DNA of 19,052 bases from Oligoflexales bacterium (GCA_041736175.1 JBGSUI010000170.1:1-19052); one strand, 5' to 3'; counted from the stretch's first letter, positions 7,314 to 16,030 are shown. The notes: generated by a model not told the origin, from the letters alone. A program made the numbers and translations.

Positions 7314-7937
7314 ATGGCAAGGCTGAAAGACCCTCTCAAGCGACAGCTTATCCTCGATAGTGCGCTCGATCTTATGGCGCGCAGGGGCTACCATGGGGTC
7401 TCTGTTAAGGATATTGCGAAAGAGGCAGATATTTCATTGGGTTCCATGTACACTTACTTTGATAGCAAAGAACAACTGGTCAACGAGCTTTACCGTCACT
7501 GGAAGGGAGTGTTTACCCAGTTTGTAGGACTTGCCCCTCGAGAAGAACCTCAAAAGCCATTGGCAGCGATACCGGAAGAGTCGACCCGTACGGCCCATAA
7601 GCATCTGTGTAGACAGTTAGGCGGCTTTATGCAGACCTATCCTAAAGCTTTTCAGTTTTTAGAAGCCCAGTTCCACGCAGAGTATCTGGACTCTGAATCA
7701 CTGGCCCTCGAGGAGTCCATTACGACTGGGGCCATTGAGTTTTATGGCACCGTGATGGGCGGTGCGGTGGACCAAGCACATGCCCAGATGATTGTCTCAG
7801 CCTCCTATGGCGCATTTATCCAAGTGTTTAAGGCTAGCCAGGCAGGTATGTTGAATCTGACTCCTGAGCTTATCGATCGACTAGAGATCGTGGTCTGGCA
7901 GATGCTGCGCACTTCCCTGATCCATAGAACGGCTTAG
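7314..7937 (+). CDS. TetR/AcrR family transcriptional regulator, Bm3R1/FatR-like
   Basis: N-terminal HTH ILDSALDLMARRGYHGVSVKDIAKEADISLGSMYTYFDSKEQLVNEL, and C-terminal PKAFQFLEAQFHAEYLDSES recalling Bm3R1. AAGGA RBS; divergent from the operon. Confidence 0.93.
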   Translation: MARLKDPLKRQLILDSALDLMARRGYHGVSVKDIAKEADISLGSMYTYFDSKEQLVNELYRHWKGVFTQFVGLAPREEPQKPLAAIPEESTRTAHKHLCRQLGGFMQTYPKAFQFLEAQFHAEYLDSESLALEESITTGAIEFYGTVMGGAVDQAHAQMIVSASYGAFIQVFKASQAGMLNLTPELIDRLEIVVWQMLRTSLIHRTA

Positions 7938-7991
7938 ACATTCCTTAATCCATTGAAAATTTAGAGAAAGCATGCCGTCCTCTTTTGGTGC

Positions 7992-8020
7992 TTTAAAACT
8001 CATTTCTGACCAGATATGAT
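7992..8020 (+). promoter_or_regulatory. Possible sigma-70 promoter for the glycosylation operon
   Basis: TTTAAA (7992-7997) - N17 - TATGAT (8015-8020), about 70 nt upstream of ATG 8088. Confidence 0.3.
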
Positions 8021-8087
8021 CCGCTTATAGGTACGATCCAGCTGTAGAATTGTTTGTGGCTCAACTTTTGGGGAGGACAGGGTCGTC

Positions 8088-9260
8088 ATGATGGATTCAA
8101 TCTTGCGACAGCACCCGGTCACTCCTCTCCATCGGGCACACATCAGTGAACTCGAAAAAAAACTAGTGCTCGAAGTTTTAGAGAGCGGCCACCTGGGTGG
8201 GGATGGGCCGTTTACCAAGTGTTGTACGACAGAGATTCAGCGTCTTATGCCCCAAAGCAAGGTGTTTTTGGTTCAGTCCTGCACCGCAGCTCTTGAGATG
8301 GCTGCTTTGCTGGCCGACCTCAAACCTGGCGACGAAGTGATTATGCCTTCTTACACCTTTGTCTCGACAGCCAACGCCTTTGTCTTACGAGGTGCTAGAC
8401 CTGTTTTTGTAGATATACGCCCAGATACGCTAAACCTTGACGAAAATCTTTTAGAAGCAGCCATCACACCTAAGACCAAAGTGATCGTCCCGGTTCACTA
8501 TGCAGGGATTGGCTGCAACATGCAGGCGATCAACACCATCGCTCGGGACTACCATCTCCTGGTGATCGAAGATGCAGCCCAAGGATTTGACGCCTTTTAC
8601 CAGGGAAAACCCCTCGGAACATTGGGTTCTATGGGGGCTTTTAGTTTTCATGAGACTAAAAACTTGACCTCGGGAGAAGGAGGCCTCCTCGCCATCAATC
8701 ATCCCGAGTATATTGAACGCGCCCAGATCATTCGCGACAAAGGCACCAATAGAACTCAGTTTATCGAAGGCGTCGTTGACAAATACACCTGGGTGGATGT
8801 TGGTTCGTCCTATGCACCGAGTGAACTCACAGCTGCATTGATGTTTGCCCAGATCCAGCGGCGGGGAGAAATCCTTGAAAAACGTAAAGTCCTTTGGGAA
8901 AGGTACCAGGAAGGCTTTCGTGAGCTGGTTACGGCGGGAAAAGTCGCAGCGCCTTATATCCCTCGTGAGTTTACATCCAACTACCATATCTTTTACCTTA
9001 TCCTCGCCGACATCGAGACGAGAGCCACCGTCCAAAAGGCCCTCCGAACTGCTGGCTATAGTGCGTCCTTTCACTACTCTCCCTTGCATAGTTCAAGCTA
9101 TGGTCTCAAAGTCGGCACAGCATCCGGTAGCCTCCCCCAGACCCTGCGGGTAGCCCGAGGACTGTTGCGCCTCCCCTTGTTTGTAGGATTGGGGTTGGAG
9201 CAAGTGGATGAGGTGATCGATATTGTTTACGGAGTCCTTGGGACTTCTGACCATCTTTAA
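8088..9260 (+). CDS. wecE: dTDP-4-amino-4,6-dideoxygalactose transaminase-like (DegT/DnrJ family)
   Basis: GDGPFT, SCTAALEMAALL, PSYTFVSTANAFVLRGA, IEDAAQG, SFHETKN (PLP Lys), GEGG, KGTNR and DKYTWVDVGSSY, typical of WecE/RffA. GGAGG RBS. Confidence 0.92.
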   Translation: MMDSILRQHPVTPLHRAHISELEKKLVLEVLESGHLGGDGPFTKCCTTEIQRLMPQSKVFLVQSCTAALEMAALLADLKPGDEVIMPSYTFVSTANAFVLRGARPVFVDIRPDTLNLDENLLEAAITPKTKVIVPVHYAGIGCNMQAINTIARDYHLLVIEDAAQGFDAFYQGKPLGTLGSMGAFSFHETKNLTSGEGGLLAINHPEYIERAQIIRDKGTNRTQFIEGVVDKYTWVDVGSSYAPSELTAALMFAQIQRRGEILEKRKVLWERYQEGFRELVTAGKVAAPYIPREFTSNYHIFYLILADIETRATVQKALRTAGYSASFHYSPLHSSSYGLKVGTASGSLPQTLRVARGLLRLPLFVGLGLEQVDEVIDIVYGVLGTSDHL

Positions 9261-9269
9261 GGAGCCTAA

Positions 9270-10112
9270 GTGCATCACGTGGCTAGTCCAGATTCCACCA
9301 CACCCGCGTCTACTTACCTTGACCTAAGCTTGGTGATTGCCTGCTACGGGGACGAACCCCATCTTTTTGACCATGTCAAAATCCTGGCTCACTATCTATC
9401 TCGCACCCGTTTATCTTGGGAGATGATTTTTGTCGAAGACGCCTCTCCCCTCGACGATCGCCGCGAGATCCGTCGTGCAGTGTCTTGGCTGGACGAGCAA
9501 GGTATGTCAAGCCAGGTGATCTTGCACCCTACCAATCAGGGGCGAGGCCGCAGTGTCCAAGACGGGTTTGAGAGATCCAAGTCCCAAGTGGTTGCCACCA
9601 TCGATATCGACCTGGAGCATCATTGGGATAGTTTGGCTTCGATGGTCTACGGGATCCTCGACGGCGACTATGATGGTGCCATAGGACAAAGGGTGGTGGC
9701 GTCAGGAGGTTCGACTTTTATGAGAGTCCTGAGCAGCTTTGTCTACCGCAAGCTAGTTCACGGAGTCTTGCCCCTGGCCATTGCCGATACCGAGAGTGGG
9801 CTTAAGGTGTTTCATAGAAGCAAACTTGAGAGAGTTTTGCCACTCCTCCACGATCACCGTTGGTTTTGGGACACTGAAATCGTCTACCGAGCTGCCGAGG
9901 CGGGGATGCGTCTGGTGGACTATGAAATTGTGTTCCGCAAAAAACCAGACAAACAAACTACAGTTAAGCTCTTTCGAGACTCCTGGGCCTATCTGGTGAG
10001 CCTTAATAGGTTTAGGCAGCAGATCACTGCGGAGAGATCACGGCAAAGGATCTCTCACCAAGATTTAGCTCTGGCAAAATCGTCCCTATTTCCCCCTTTT
10101 CCACCTAAATAA
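9270..10112 (+). CDS. GT2 polyprenyl-phosphate glycosyltransferase (Alg5/DPM1/ArnC-like)
   Basis: LSLVIACY, FVEDAS, NQGRGRSV, DxD in TIDIDL, DTESGLKVF and WFWDTE. GTG start with an AAGGAG RBS overlapping the wecE stop. Confidence 0.88.
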   Translation: MHHVASPDSTTPASTYLDLSLVIACYGDEPHLFDHVKILAHYLSRTRLSWEMIFVEDASPLDDRREIRRAVSWLDEQGMSSQVILHPTNQGRGRSVQDGFERSKSQVVATIDIDLEHHWDSLASMVYGILDGDYDGAIGQRVVASGGSTFMRVLSSFVYRKLVHGVLPLAIADTESGLKVFHRSKLERVLPLLHDHRWFWDTEIVYRAAEAGMRLVDYEIVFRKKPDKQTTVKLFRDSWAYLVSLNRFRQQITAERSRQRISHQDLALAKSSLFPPFPPK

Positions 10113-10122
10113 GGCCAGAGCC

Positions 10123-11724
10123 ATGGGTTTGCCGACAGGTCTCTATCTTTTCCCTAGCCGCATGACCTTCTGGATTGAAGCCCATCCTAAGGCTGCCTTT
10201 GCTCTCCTGGCGTTCTTTGTGATGGTGAGCGGCTGGTTTTCGGAAGGCTGGCTCCAGCCGGACGAGCATTCCCGCGCCCTCGAAGCTGCCCACCAGCTGG
10301 TCTACGGCTACGCAACTTTACCCTGGGAGCTTGACCCCCGTGGGCCACTAGTTTCCTATCTCCTCGGGATGGTCTACAGCCCGGTTCTTATGATCACCAA
10401 GGCTTTTGGTGCCTCGGGGCTGACGGAGGCTGCCCTGTGCCGGGTCTTGACTGCTCTTGTGGCCGTAAGCCGGGTCTGGGCCTTTTATCTACTTATAAAA
10501 CCCCTCGGGCTTAAGGTCGAGCGGGGTATCTCCTATGTTCTTGTTTATCTCCTGGGACCCCTGACCCTGGTGCTTTTGCCCCGGACCACCCAGGAAAACT
10601 GGTCCACTACAGCTCTGATGTGGGGGACTCTGCTGGTCTTCAAAGCGGTCAACTCGCCATGGAAACCGAGCCGAGACCGGGCTTTTTTAAGGCAGCCAGA
10701 ATTTTGGGCCGGTCTGTTGCTCGCCTTAGGCACCAGCTTTAGGCTCCAACATGGATTTTCCTGCCTGGGACTCGGAGTTTGGTTTACAGTGCAAATGCTG
10801 TGCAAATGGAAGGCGTCCCCTGAAAAAGAGACCATTTTACGGGTTTTTTCCCGCCTTGGCCTTTTTGTGGTCGGGGGTCTGGTGGGACTCATACCTATGG
10901 CCATGGTTGATAGCGCGACCTTTGGGACCCCTTTTCTGCCAGCTCTAAACTACTTTCAGTATGCTCTCCATGACGAGGAGGGGGGCAATCTTTGGGGGCA
11001 GAACCCTTGGACTGAGTACCTTTATGGGTTTTTAGGTTTATGGTATCTGCCTTATTCAGTGGTGATTTTACCTATCATCGTCCTTGGACTCGTGAGAGCC
11101 CCGCTCCTAGCCAGTGTGATTGTGCCCCATCTGGTGGTTCACCTGCTGTTATCCCACAAGGAGTTACGTTATCTATCGATGCTGATTCCTTTTTGGACGT
11201 TGGGGTTTTTTGTAGGATTAGAGGCACTGGAAAACCGCTACCCCAACTCCAACCCCATAACTAGGGCTTTTTATGCTATACACAAAGGTTTAGCCGGTTT
11301 CTTTTATCTGGGGGCGCTCCTCTACGGAGTCCTGGCGCTGGTCGTGCTCAATCCCCAGCCTCGGTTTTACCAAAGGATCAGCGACCTCTGGCACCAGGGG
11401 GATTTGCTCTTGCCCTTTGGATTTGTCGCCAACTCCCGGTCGGGACTGTCCCAATTCTACTTAAAAGACCCGAGGGCGTTGCCCACCCAAATACTCAAGA
11501 TTAACGATTTTTTAAAGGCTCTGGACCAACACCGACTGCCGGCACAGAGGTATGTCCTCCAGAGGGTTCCCATAGAATTTTTAAATAAAGTAGAAGGTGT
11601 TTGCACCACCATCCTTTCGAGCCTAGCCCCTTGGCAAAGGTGGGCATACCTCCACCCGGTGATTGGTCCTTGGATTCGGTTTCGGTATTTTGACGGGGTT
11701 TATTTTTGTAACGAACATAGGTAG
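10123..11724 (+). CDS. GT-C integral membrane glycosyltransferase, GT22 (PIG-B/Gpi10/Alg9)-like
   Basis: First-loop motif QPDEHSRALEAAHQLVYGYATLPWE and later SHKELRY match the PIG-B PDE..Q.LE.AH...GYG.LTWEW and HKEFRF signatures. Many hydrophobic segments. Confidence 0.8.
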   Translation: MGLPTGLYLFPSRMTFWIEAHPKAAFALLAFFVMVSGWFSEGWLQPDEHSRALEAAHQLVYGYATLPWELDPRGPLVSYLLGMVYSPVLMITKAFGASGLTEAALCRVLTALVAVSRVWAFYLLIKPLGLKVERGISYVLVYLLGPLTLVLLPRTTQENWSTTALMWGTLLVFKAVNSPWKPSRDRAFLRQPEFWAGLLLALGTSFRLQHGFSCLGLGVWFTVQMLCKWKASPEKETILRVFSRLGLFVVGGLVGLIPMAMVDSATFGTPFLPALNYFQYALHDEEGGNLWGQNPWTEYLYGFLGLWYLPYSVVILPIIVLGLVRAPLLASVIVPHLVVHLLLSHKELRYLSMLIPFWTLGFFVGLEALENRYPNSNPITRAFYAIHKGLAGFFYLGALLYGVLALVVLNPQPRFYQRISDLWHQGDLLLPFGFVANSRSGLSQFYLKDPRALPTQILKINDFLKALDQHRLPAQRYVLQRVPIEFLNKVEGVCTTILSSLAPWQRWAYLHPVIGPWIRFRYFDGVYFCNEHR

Positions 11725-11747
11725 GTGCCTGAAGACGGGGAGTTAGA

Positions 11748-13082
11748 ATGACGAAGTTTTGGATACTTGTGGGTTTATTGGTGTCGTGGAGTCTTGGCTG
11801 CTTTCTACTCTTTGGCAGCGGTGTACCAGTTATGGCATTGGCCCTGGTTGGAATGATTCTGATTCTTTGGCTCAGTGAAAGTCTGCCAGATTTTGTTCCA
11901 ACTTTGCTTCTAGTAGCTGGCAGTCTGTTGCTTCCCTATTCTGCAAGCGGTGACGCCGCGTCGCCAATTTTTAAAAAGATGGCTGATCCAGTCCTGGGGC
12001 TTTTTTTCTGTGGGATGTGTCTCGGTCTTACTCTGCGTCGGCACGGAATCGATGCTGCCATCACGCATCTTTCCTGGCGTCTCAGTCGGGGCTCCTTATC
12101 TCATAATTTGCGCATGGCTATGTTTATCACAGCGGGAATTGCCATGTGGACGACAAACAGCACCGCCATGGCTATTGCACTCCCTGCGTTTGGTGGAACC
12201 ATTGGCCAACTGATGCGCTCCCATCCTTTGCAGGCCAAAGGTTACCTGGTAGGCGTTGCGATGGCAGCCAACTTTGGTGGCATGGCTACACCGATCGGAA
12301 CCGCGCCCAATGCGATTGCTATTGCAGCTTTGGAACCAATGATTCCCATTGGCTTTGGAAGTTGGATGATTCTGATGCTGCCGCTCGCTTTTTTTCTGCT
12401 TATGATTAGCGAATGGATGGTGCTACGTATTTTTCGCATCGCCGAGGCTAGCATCAAACCCGAAGTTGGGGCCCAGCGAGAGAGTGACAAAACCCTCCAT
12501 CGTGGGGTGATCATACTTTTCCTTGGTACTGTGCTCCTCTGGCTCACGGAGGGCCTCCATGGATTGCATCCCTTGGCCATCGGCTTTGGGGCCGCAGGTC
12601 TCGCCTTTGCCACCCAGCTTTTGAAGCCCCAAGATCTGAATGACATCGACTGGAATGTTCTGCTGCTGATTGCGGGTGGTCTGCTTTTAGGGCACCTACT
12701 GGAAGCCCATGGCTGGATGGGTCGTACCACCTTGGCCTTGCAGAGTTCTGGTATTTCCCGGGATTGGCAACTAGGTCTTTTGATTGTGCTGGCTGCCGTC
12801 GGCAGTGCGATTTCGAGCAATACCGCCACTGCGATTTTGCTTGTGCCTATTGCCATGCAGTTGATAGGGGAGCCTTATGCTGTGATAGCAGTGGCCGTGG
12901 CCTGTTCGCTGGGAGTGCCCTTTACCATCAGTACCCCCGCCAATGCATTGGTGGCAGGGCGTTATGAAGTCAGCAACCGAGATATGGTCAAGATTGGCGG
13001 CCCCGTGCTCGTGATCGGCTGTGTTCTGCTGTTTATGACCGTGAAATGGGTCGTCGGGTGGCTGTTTCTAGTACACCAATGA
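11748..13082 (+). CDS. DASS/SLC13 family divalent-anion (dicarboxylate/sulfate):Na+ symporter
   Basis: MWTTNSTA, ANFGGMATPIGTAPNAIA, IDWNVLLLIAGG, SSNTATA and ISTPANA hairpin motifs. Highly hydrophobic; GGGAG RBS. Confidence 0.88.
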   Translation: MTKFWILVGLLVSWSLGCFLLFGSGVPVMALALVGMILILWLSESLPDFVPTLLLVAGSLLLPYSASGDAASPIFKKMADPVLGLFFCGMCLGLTLRRHGIDAAITHLSWRLSRGSLSHNLRMAMFITAGIAMWTTNSTAMAIALPAFGGTIGQLMRSHPLQAKGYLVGVAMAANFGGMATPIGTAPNAIAIAALEPMIPIGFGSWMILMLPLAFFLLMISEWMVLRIFRIAEASIKPEVGAQRESDKTLHRGVIILFLGTVLLWLTEGLHGLHPLAIGFGAAGLAFATQLLKPQDLNDIDWNVLLLIAGGLLLGHLLEAHGWMGRTTLALQSSGISRDWQLGLLIVLAAVGSAISSNTATAILLVPIAMQLIGEPYAVIAVAVACSLGVPFTISTPANALVAGRYEVSNRDMVKIGGPVLVIGCVLLFMTVKWVVGWLFLVHQ

Positions 13083-13250
13083 ATCTAGCTTTGAGTACTC
13101 GCATTTTAAGAAGCGGGTCGCTGTTGCTAATAAAATCAATCCTGATAAAGTACAGTCCATGAAGCCTCTATCATGGATAGGCAGCCAATAGATCTCGCAG
13201 CTATCCGCTGACTGTTTATCTATCAGCTGCAACAGGAGATAGCCTTAACT

Positions 13251-14267
13251 ATGCACCCAAATTTACACGTTGAAATGCCAATTGGTGAATTGGAACTGAC
13301 TCAGCAAAAAGCCAAAAGTTCTAATTATTTTGATAGGACTGATTCAAACTCCTTGACCAATCAGCCCGAATCAAAGTCATTTATGGCGACAGCTCTTGCT
13401 TGGCATGGATCGGTCACCTCAAGAGTCCTTCCCCGAGTAGGAATCAGTGCAGTCTATGCAGCGGCTGTTTATTTCACCGCCAGCTTTTTTCCAAACTTTT
13501 CATTGCCGATCACTCCTTTCGAGTACTCCGGTGCTGTGTTAGGATTACTCCTTGTCATGCGGGTCAACGCAGGCCATGACCGTTGGTGGGAAGCGCGCAA
13601 GATTTGGGGGGGGATTCTCAATCAAAGCCGTAACCTAGCTTTAATCGTGTGGAATTATAGCTCCGTCAGAGACGAAACAACCGCAACAACCCTTAAGTGG
13701 ATTGCTTCGATGCCGCACGTTATTCGCGAATATTTGCGGAAGGAGAATGGTCTAAAAGATGTGGTCGCTCTGGTTGGCTCGGTCGAGGCTGAGAAAATCC
13801 GTAAGTCGGAACACATGCCTTTTTATGTCGGTTCACAGATTGCTTCTTTGCTGAAAATTCATCGGGACCGTGGAATGGATCCTTTCGCCTTTCATCGCGC
13901 CGAAACGGAACGATCTTTGCTGGTCGATGCGATCGGTTCCTGTGAGCGTATTCGCAGCACTAGGATGCCTTTGGTCCTCGCCATCAAGACCAGGCGGTTT
14001 ATCTTGCTTTTTATCTTATTATTGCCGCTAGCTTTGGTAAACCGGGCTGGATGGTTGACTCCCATAGTCGTTGCTCTGACATCCTATCCACTTTTTTCGC
14101 TAGATGAGATTGGGGCTGAGCTGCAAAGCCCCTTTTCTCCAAGAAACTTGAGCCATCTACCCCTGGGCGACATCTGTCGGATGATAACCAACAATATTTT
14201 AGGCTTGCTAAATATGGAGACCAGATCGCTGCCCACTCCTAAGACTACAGAGCCAGTTAAAGCTTAA
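13251..14267 (+). CDS. Bestrophin-family ion channel (YneE/UPF0187-like)
   Basis: LGLLLVMRVNAGHDRWWEARKIWGGILNQSRNL, GSCERIRSTRMP and DEIGAELQSPF...LPL. AGGAG RBS. Confidence 0.9.
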   Translation: MHPNLHVEMPIGELELTQQKAKSSNYFDRTDSNSLTNQPESKSFMATALAWHGSVTSRVLPRVGISAVYAAAVYFTASFFPNFSLPITPFEYSGAVLGLLLVMRVNAGHDRWWEARKIWGGILNQSRNLALIVWNYSSVRDETTATTLKWIASMPHVIREYLRKENGLKDVVALVGSVEAEKIRKSEHMPFYVGSQIASLLKIHRDRGMDPFAFHRAETERSLLVDAIGSCERIRSTRMPLVLAIKTRRFILLFILLLPLALVNRAGWLTPIVVALTSYPLFSLDEIGAELQSPFSPRNLSHLPLGDICRMITNNILGLLNMETRSLPTPKTTEPVKA

Positions 14268-14282
14268 TTTTCCTGTAGACGA

Positions 14283-15248
14283 CTATTCTGAGCGAAGGTC
14301 GTTGCGCCAGCCAGGGTGCTGAAAATGGAGGCGGTGGTCACAGCCCTCCGAAGTTGACTCTTGGTCTACAGCAATGTAACCAATTTTTTGCCAAACTTTA
14401 TCTTTGCCAAGATTACCTTCAGATGACACAAAGATATCAAAATAAAGGATTCCCGTGCGAAGAGGGACCCTGATATCGTCTCTAAAGTCTTTGTTTAGTG
14501 ACCTGGTCTCTGGACGCCCTGCTACTTTCAACCACAGGGGGGTTATGGCTGACTTGGGATCTTGTTCGCCAAGCTCTGAGACTTGGTAGAGCTGACGGAC
14601 GCTTAGGACTCTATTGAGGGTCTTTTCAGCGGCGCTAAAGGCATTATTAGCCGCATTGAGAATCCCTAGTTGGCTGAGGTTATCAAGCCCGAAACCGATT
14701 GAAGTGATGTCATTGGTCATTGGTGAATCTAGGAAATTTTTAGAATAGGTCCCGGCGAGATTGTCGATGGTAAAGAAGTTAGCTGTTTTAAGAGGTTTTT
14801 GGTGATTGGGATCGATCGTTGGGTAGATCTTTCCGGCGAGACCAAAAGACCGTTTCTCGCCACGATTGATCTGGGAAAGCGCAGCAGACCCCCGGAGGAT
14901 GATCAATCCCTGAGATCCCTGTTTAAAGTATCCGCTATACCGGGAGGGCTCGGTTATGTTCCAGGTACCAGCCATACAGATACCATTGGGATGAAGCAGC
15001 TTTTGAAAATAGGGAAGGGTGTCGTCACCGGTCGCAAGGGTCCGTTCCGACGCCTTTTGGAGGTTGTTAAGGACTCCCGACATAAAGCTTCGGACAGTGA
15101 CTTTTTCTTGAGGCAAATTCTGGTAAGGTCCTTCAAGGACGGTCGACCAAGTGTCCGAAAAACGGGATCCTTTGTACGAGGTCTCGGTTTGAGCGAGACT
15201 TGTGGTAGATCCCAAGGCGAGGATTAAGAGCTTGAACATAGGACGCAT
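14283..15248 (-). CDS. Secreted catalase-fold protein (small catalase-like beta-barrel domain)
   Basis: Signal peptide ending SLA-Q. KLLHPNGICMAGTWNI, GYF..G....ILRGS, FGLAGKIY and NFFTIDN parallel the catalase HAKG / RFS / GFAVKF / N motifs. GGAG RBS before ATG 15248. Confidence 0.65.
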   Translation of the reverse strand: MRPMFKLLILALGSTTSLAQTETSYKGSRFSDTWSTVLEGPYQNLPQEKVTVRSFMSGVLNNLQKASERTLATGDDTLPYFQKLLHPNGICMAGTWNITEPSRYSGYFKQGSQGLIILRGSAALSQINRGEKRSFGLAGKIYPTIDPNHQKPLKTANFFTIDNLAGTYSKNFLDSPMTNDITSIGFGLDNLSQLGILNAANNAFSAAEKTLNRVLSVRQLYQVSELGEQDPKSAITPLWLKVAGRPETRSLNKDFRDDIRVPLRTGILYFDIFVSSEGNLGKDKVWQKIGYIAVDQESTSEGCDHRLHFQHPGWRNDLRSE

Positions 15249-15308
15249 AAGTTCTCCGAATTCGAGGGTGTCTCATAAAATAGTTAGTAGTTTAAGATAT
15301 TTAAAGAC

Positions 15309-15324
15309 GAATGATCGTTCATTC
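15309..15324. promoter_or_regulatory. Second palindromic TetR-type operator
   Basis: GAATGA-TCGT-TCATTC has perfect 6-bp arms, the same spacing as the 7146-7161 site and the same CATTCATTTA flank. Confidence 0.65.
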
Positions 15325-15331
15325 ATTTAAG

Positions 15332-15359
15332 AAGATAGACTATTCCAAGAGTTTTGCAA
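15332..15359 (-). promoter_or_regulatory. Putative sigma-70 promoter of the catalase-fold gene
   Basis: The minus strand reads TTGCAA (15359-15354) - N16 - TATCTT (15337-15332), with the operator starting 8 nt downstream. Confidence 0.4.
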
Positions 15360-15520
15360 GCTTTTTGTTTGAAGGCTAGGATGGCCTAAGACAAATCTGA
15401 CGCCGGGAACAGCCAGACATCTCATCATCATAATGATGGCTCATCATATACCAATGTGAATTCATGGAATTTATTAATATAATAAAATACTTAGACTTTT
15501 TGACTTGGGAATGTGAGCAT

Positions 15521-16030
15521 TCACGGAAATAGTATATTAAACCGTGCTTCTAGCGTTCTGGCCAGTTTGAGGAGCTGAGGTCCAACGGGATCTCTCGGGT
15601 CAGCGACTCTTCGGGCAATTGGTAGGTGTTTTGCTGGCCACTCGACAAAGTTGGTATTTGGATTTTTCCATGGGTACTCAAGCTGCGGATATTGGGCGCC
15701 ACCATTTTTGACTATTTGATTTACGACTGCTGGCTGAGCATTCTCAAGATCGCGTACAGCGGCAAACGCAAGCGTTGTAGAAACACCAGGTAGTACAGTG
15801 CCACTTGGTGTTCGTTCTAGCAGCAAGAGGAGCCGGGAGGCGACCTGATGGCTTTTTGGAGGCTGAATGTTTTTCCTTGCTAGTGCAGCTTTGGCTAGTT
15901 TTTCAAATATCATTTGCATCAACATGCAGAAAGTCGATGGGCTATTCGATGAGTAAGTGGCCTCAGCAGCGCGAAGATCCTCACGGGCTTGTTCCAGGAA
16001 GGGACCAGCCCAATCACGAGGAGTTGTCAT
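15521..16030 (-). CDS. HEPN-domain-like protein
   Basis: FLEQAREDLRAAE, QMIFEKLAKAAL, PPKSH and EYP follow the HEPN pattern A..DL..A / Q.AEKALKA / PP.TH / RYP. Strong AGGAGG RBS overlapping the upstream stop. Confidence 0.7.
   Translation of the reverse strand: MTTPRDWAGPFLEQAREDLRAAEATYSSNSPSTFCMLMQMIFEKLAKAALARKNIQPPKSHQVASRLLLLLERTPSGTVLPGVSTTLAFAAVRDLENAQPAVVNQIVKNGGAQYPQLEYPWKNPNTNFVEWPAKHLPIARRVADPRDPVGPQLLKLARTLEARFNILFP
15678..15698 (+). repeat. 21-bp direct repeat, copy 1
   Basis: TCAAGCTGCGGATATTGGGCG, identical to 18148-18168. Confidence 0.9.

Noticed and set aside
8088..9260. Enterobacterial common antigen locus
   Set aside because: Only the wecE-like gene is present; no other wec genes are in the window.
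15418..15450. CATCAT-rich short direct and inverted repeats
   Set aside because: Low-complexity and short, with no regular repeat-spacer period, so not a CRISPR array or iteron set.
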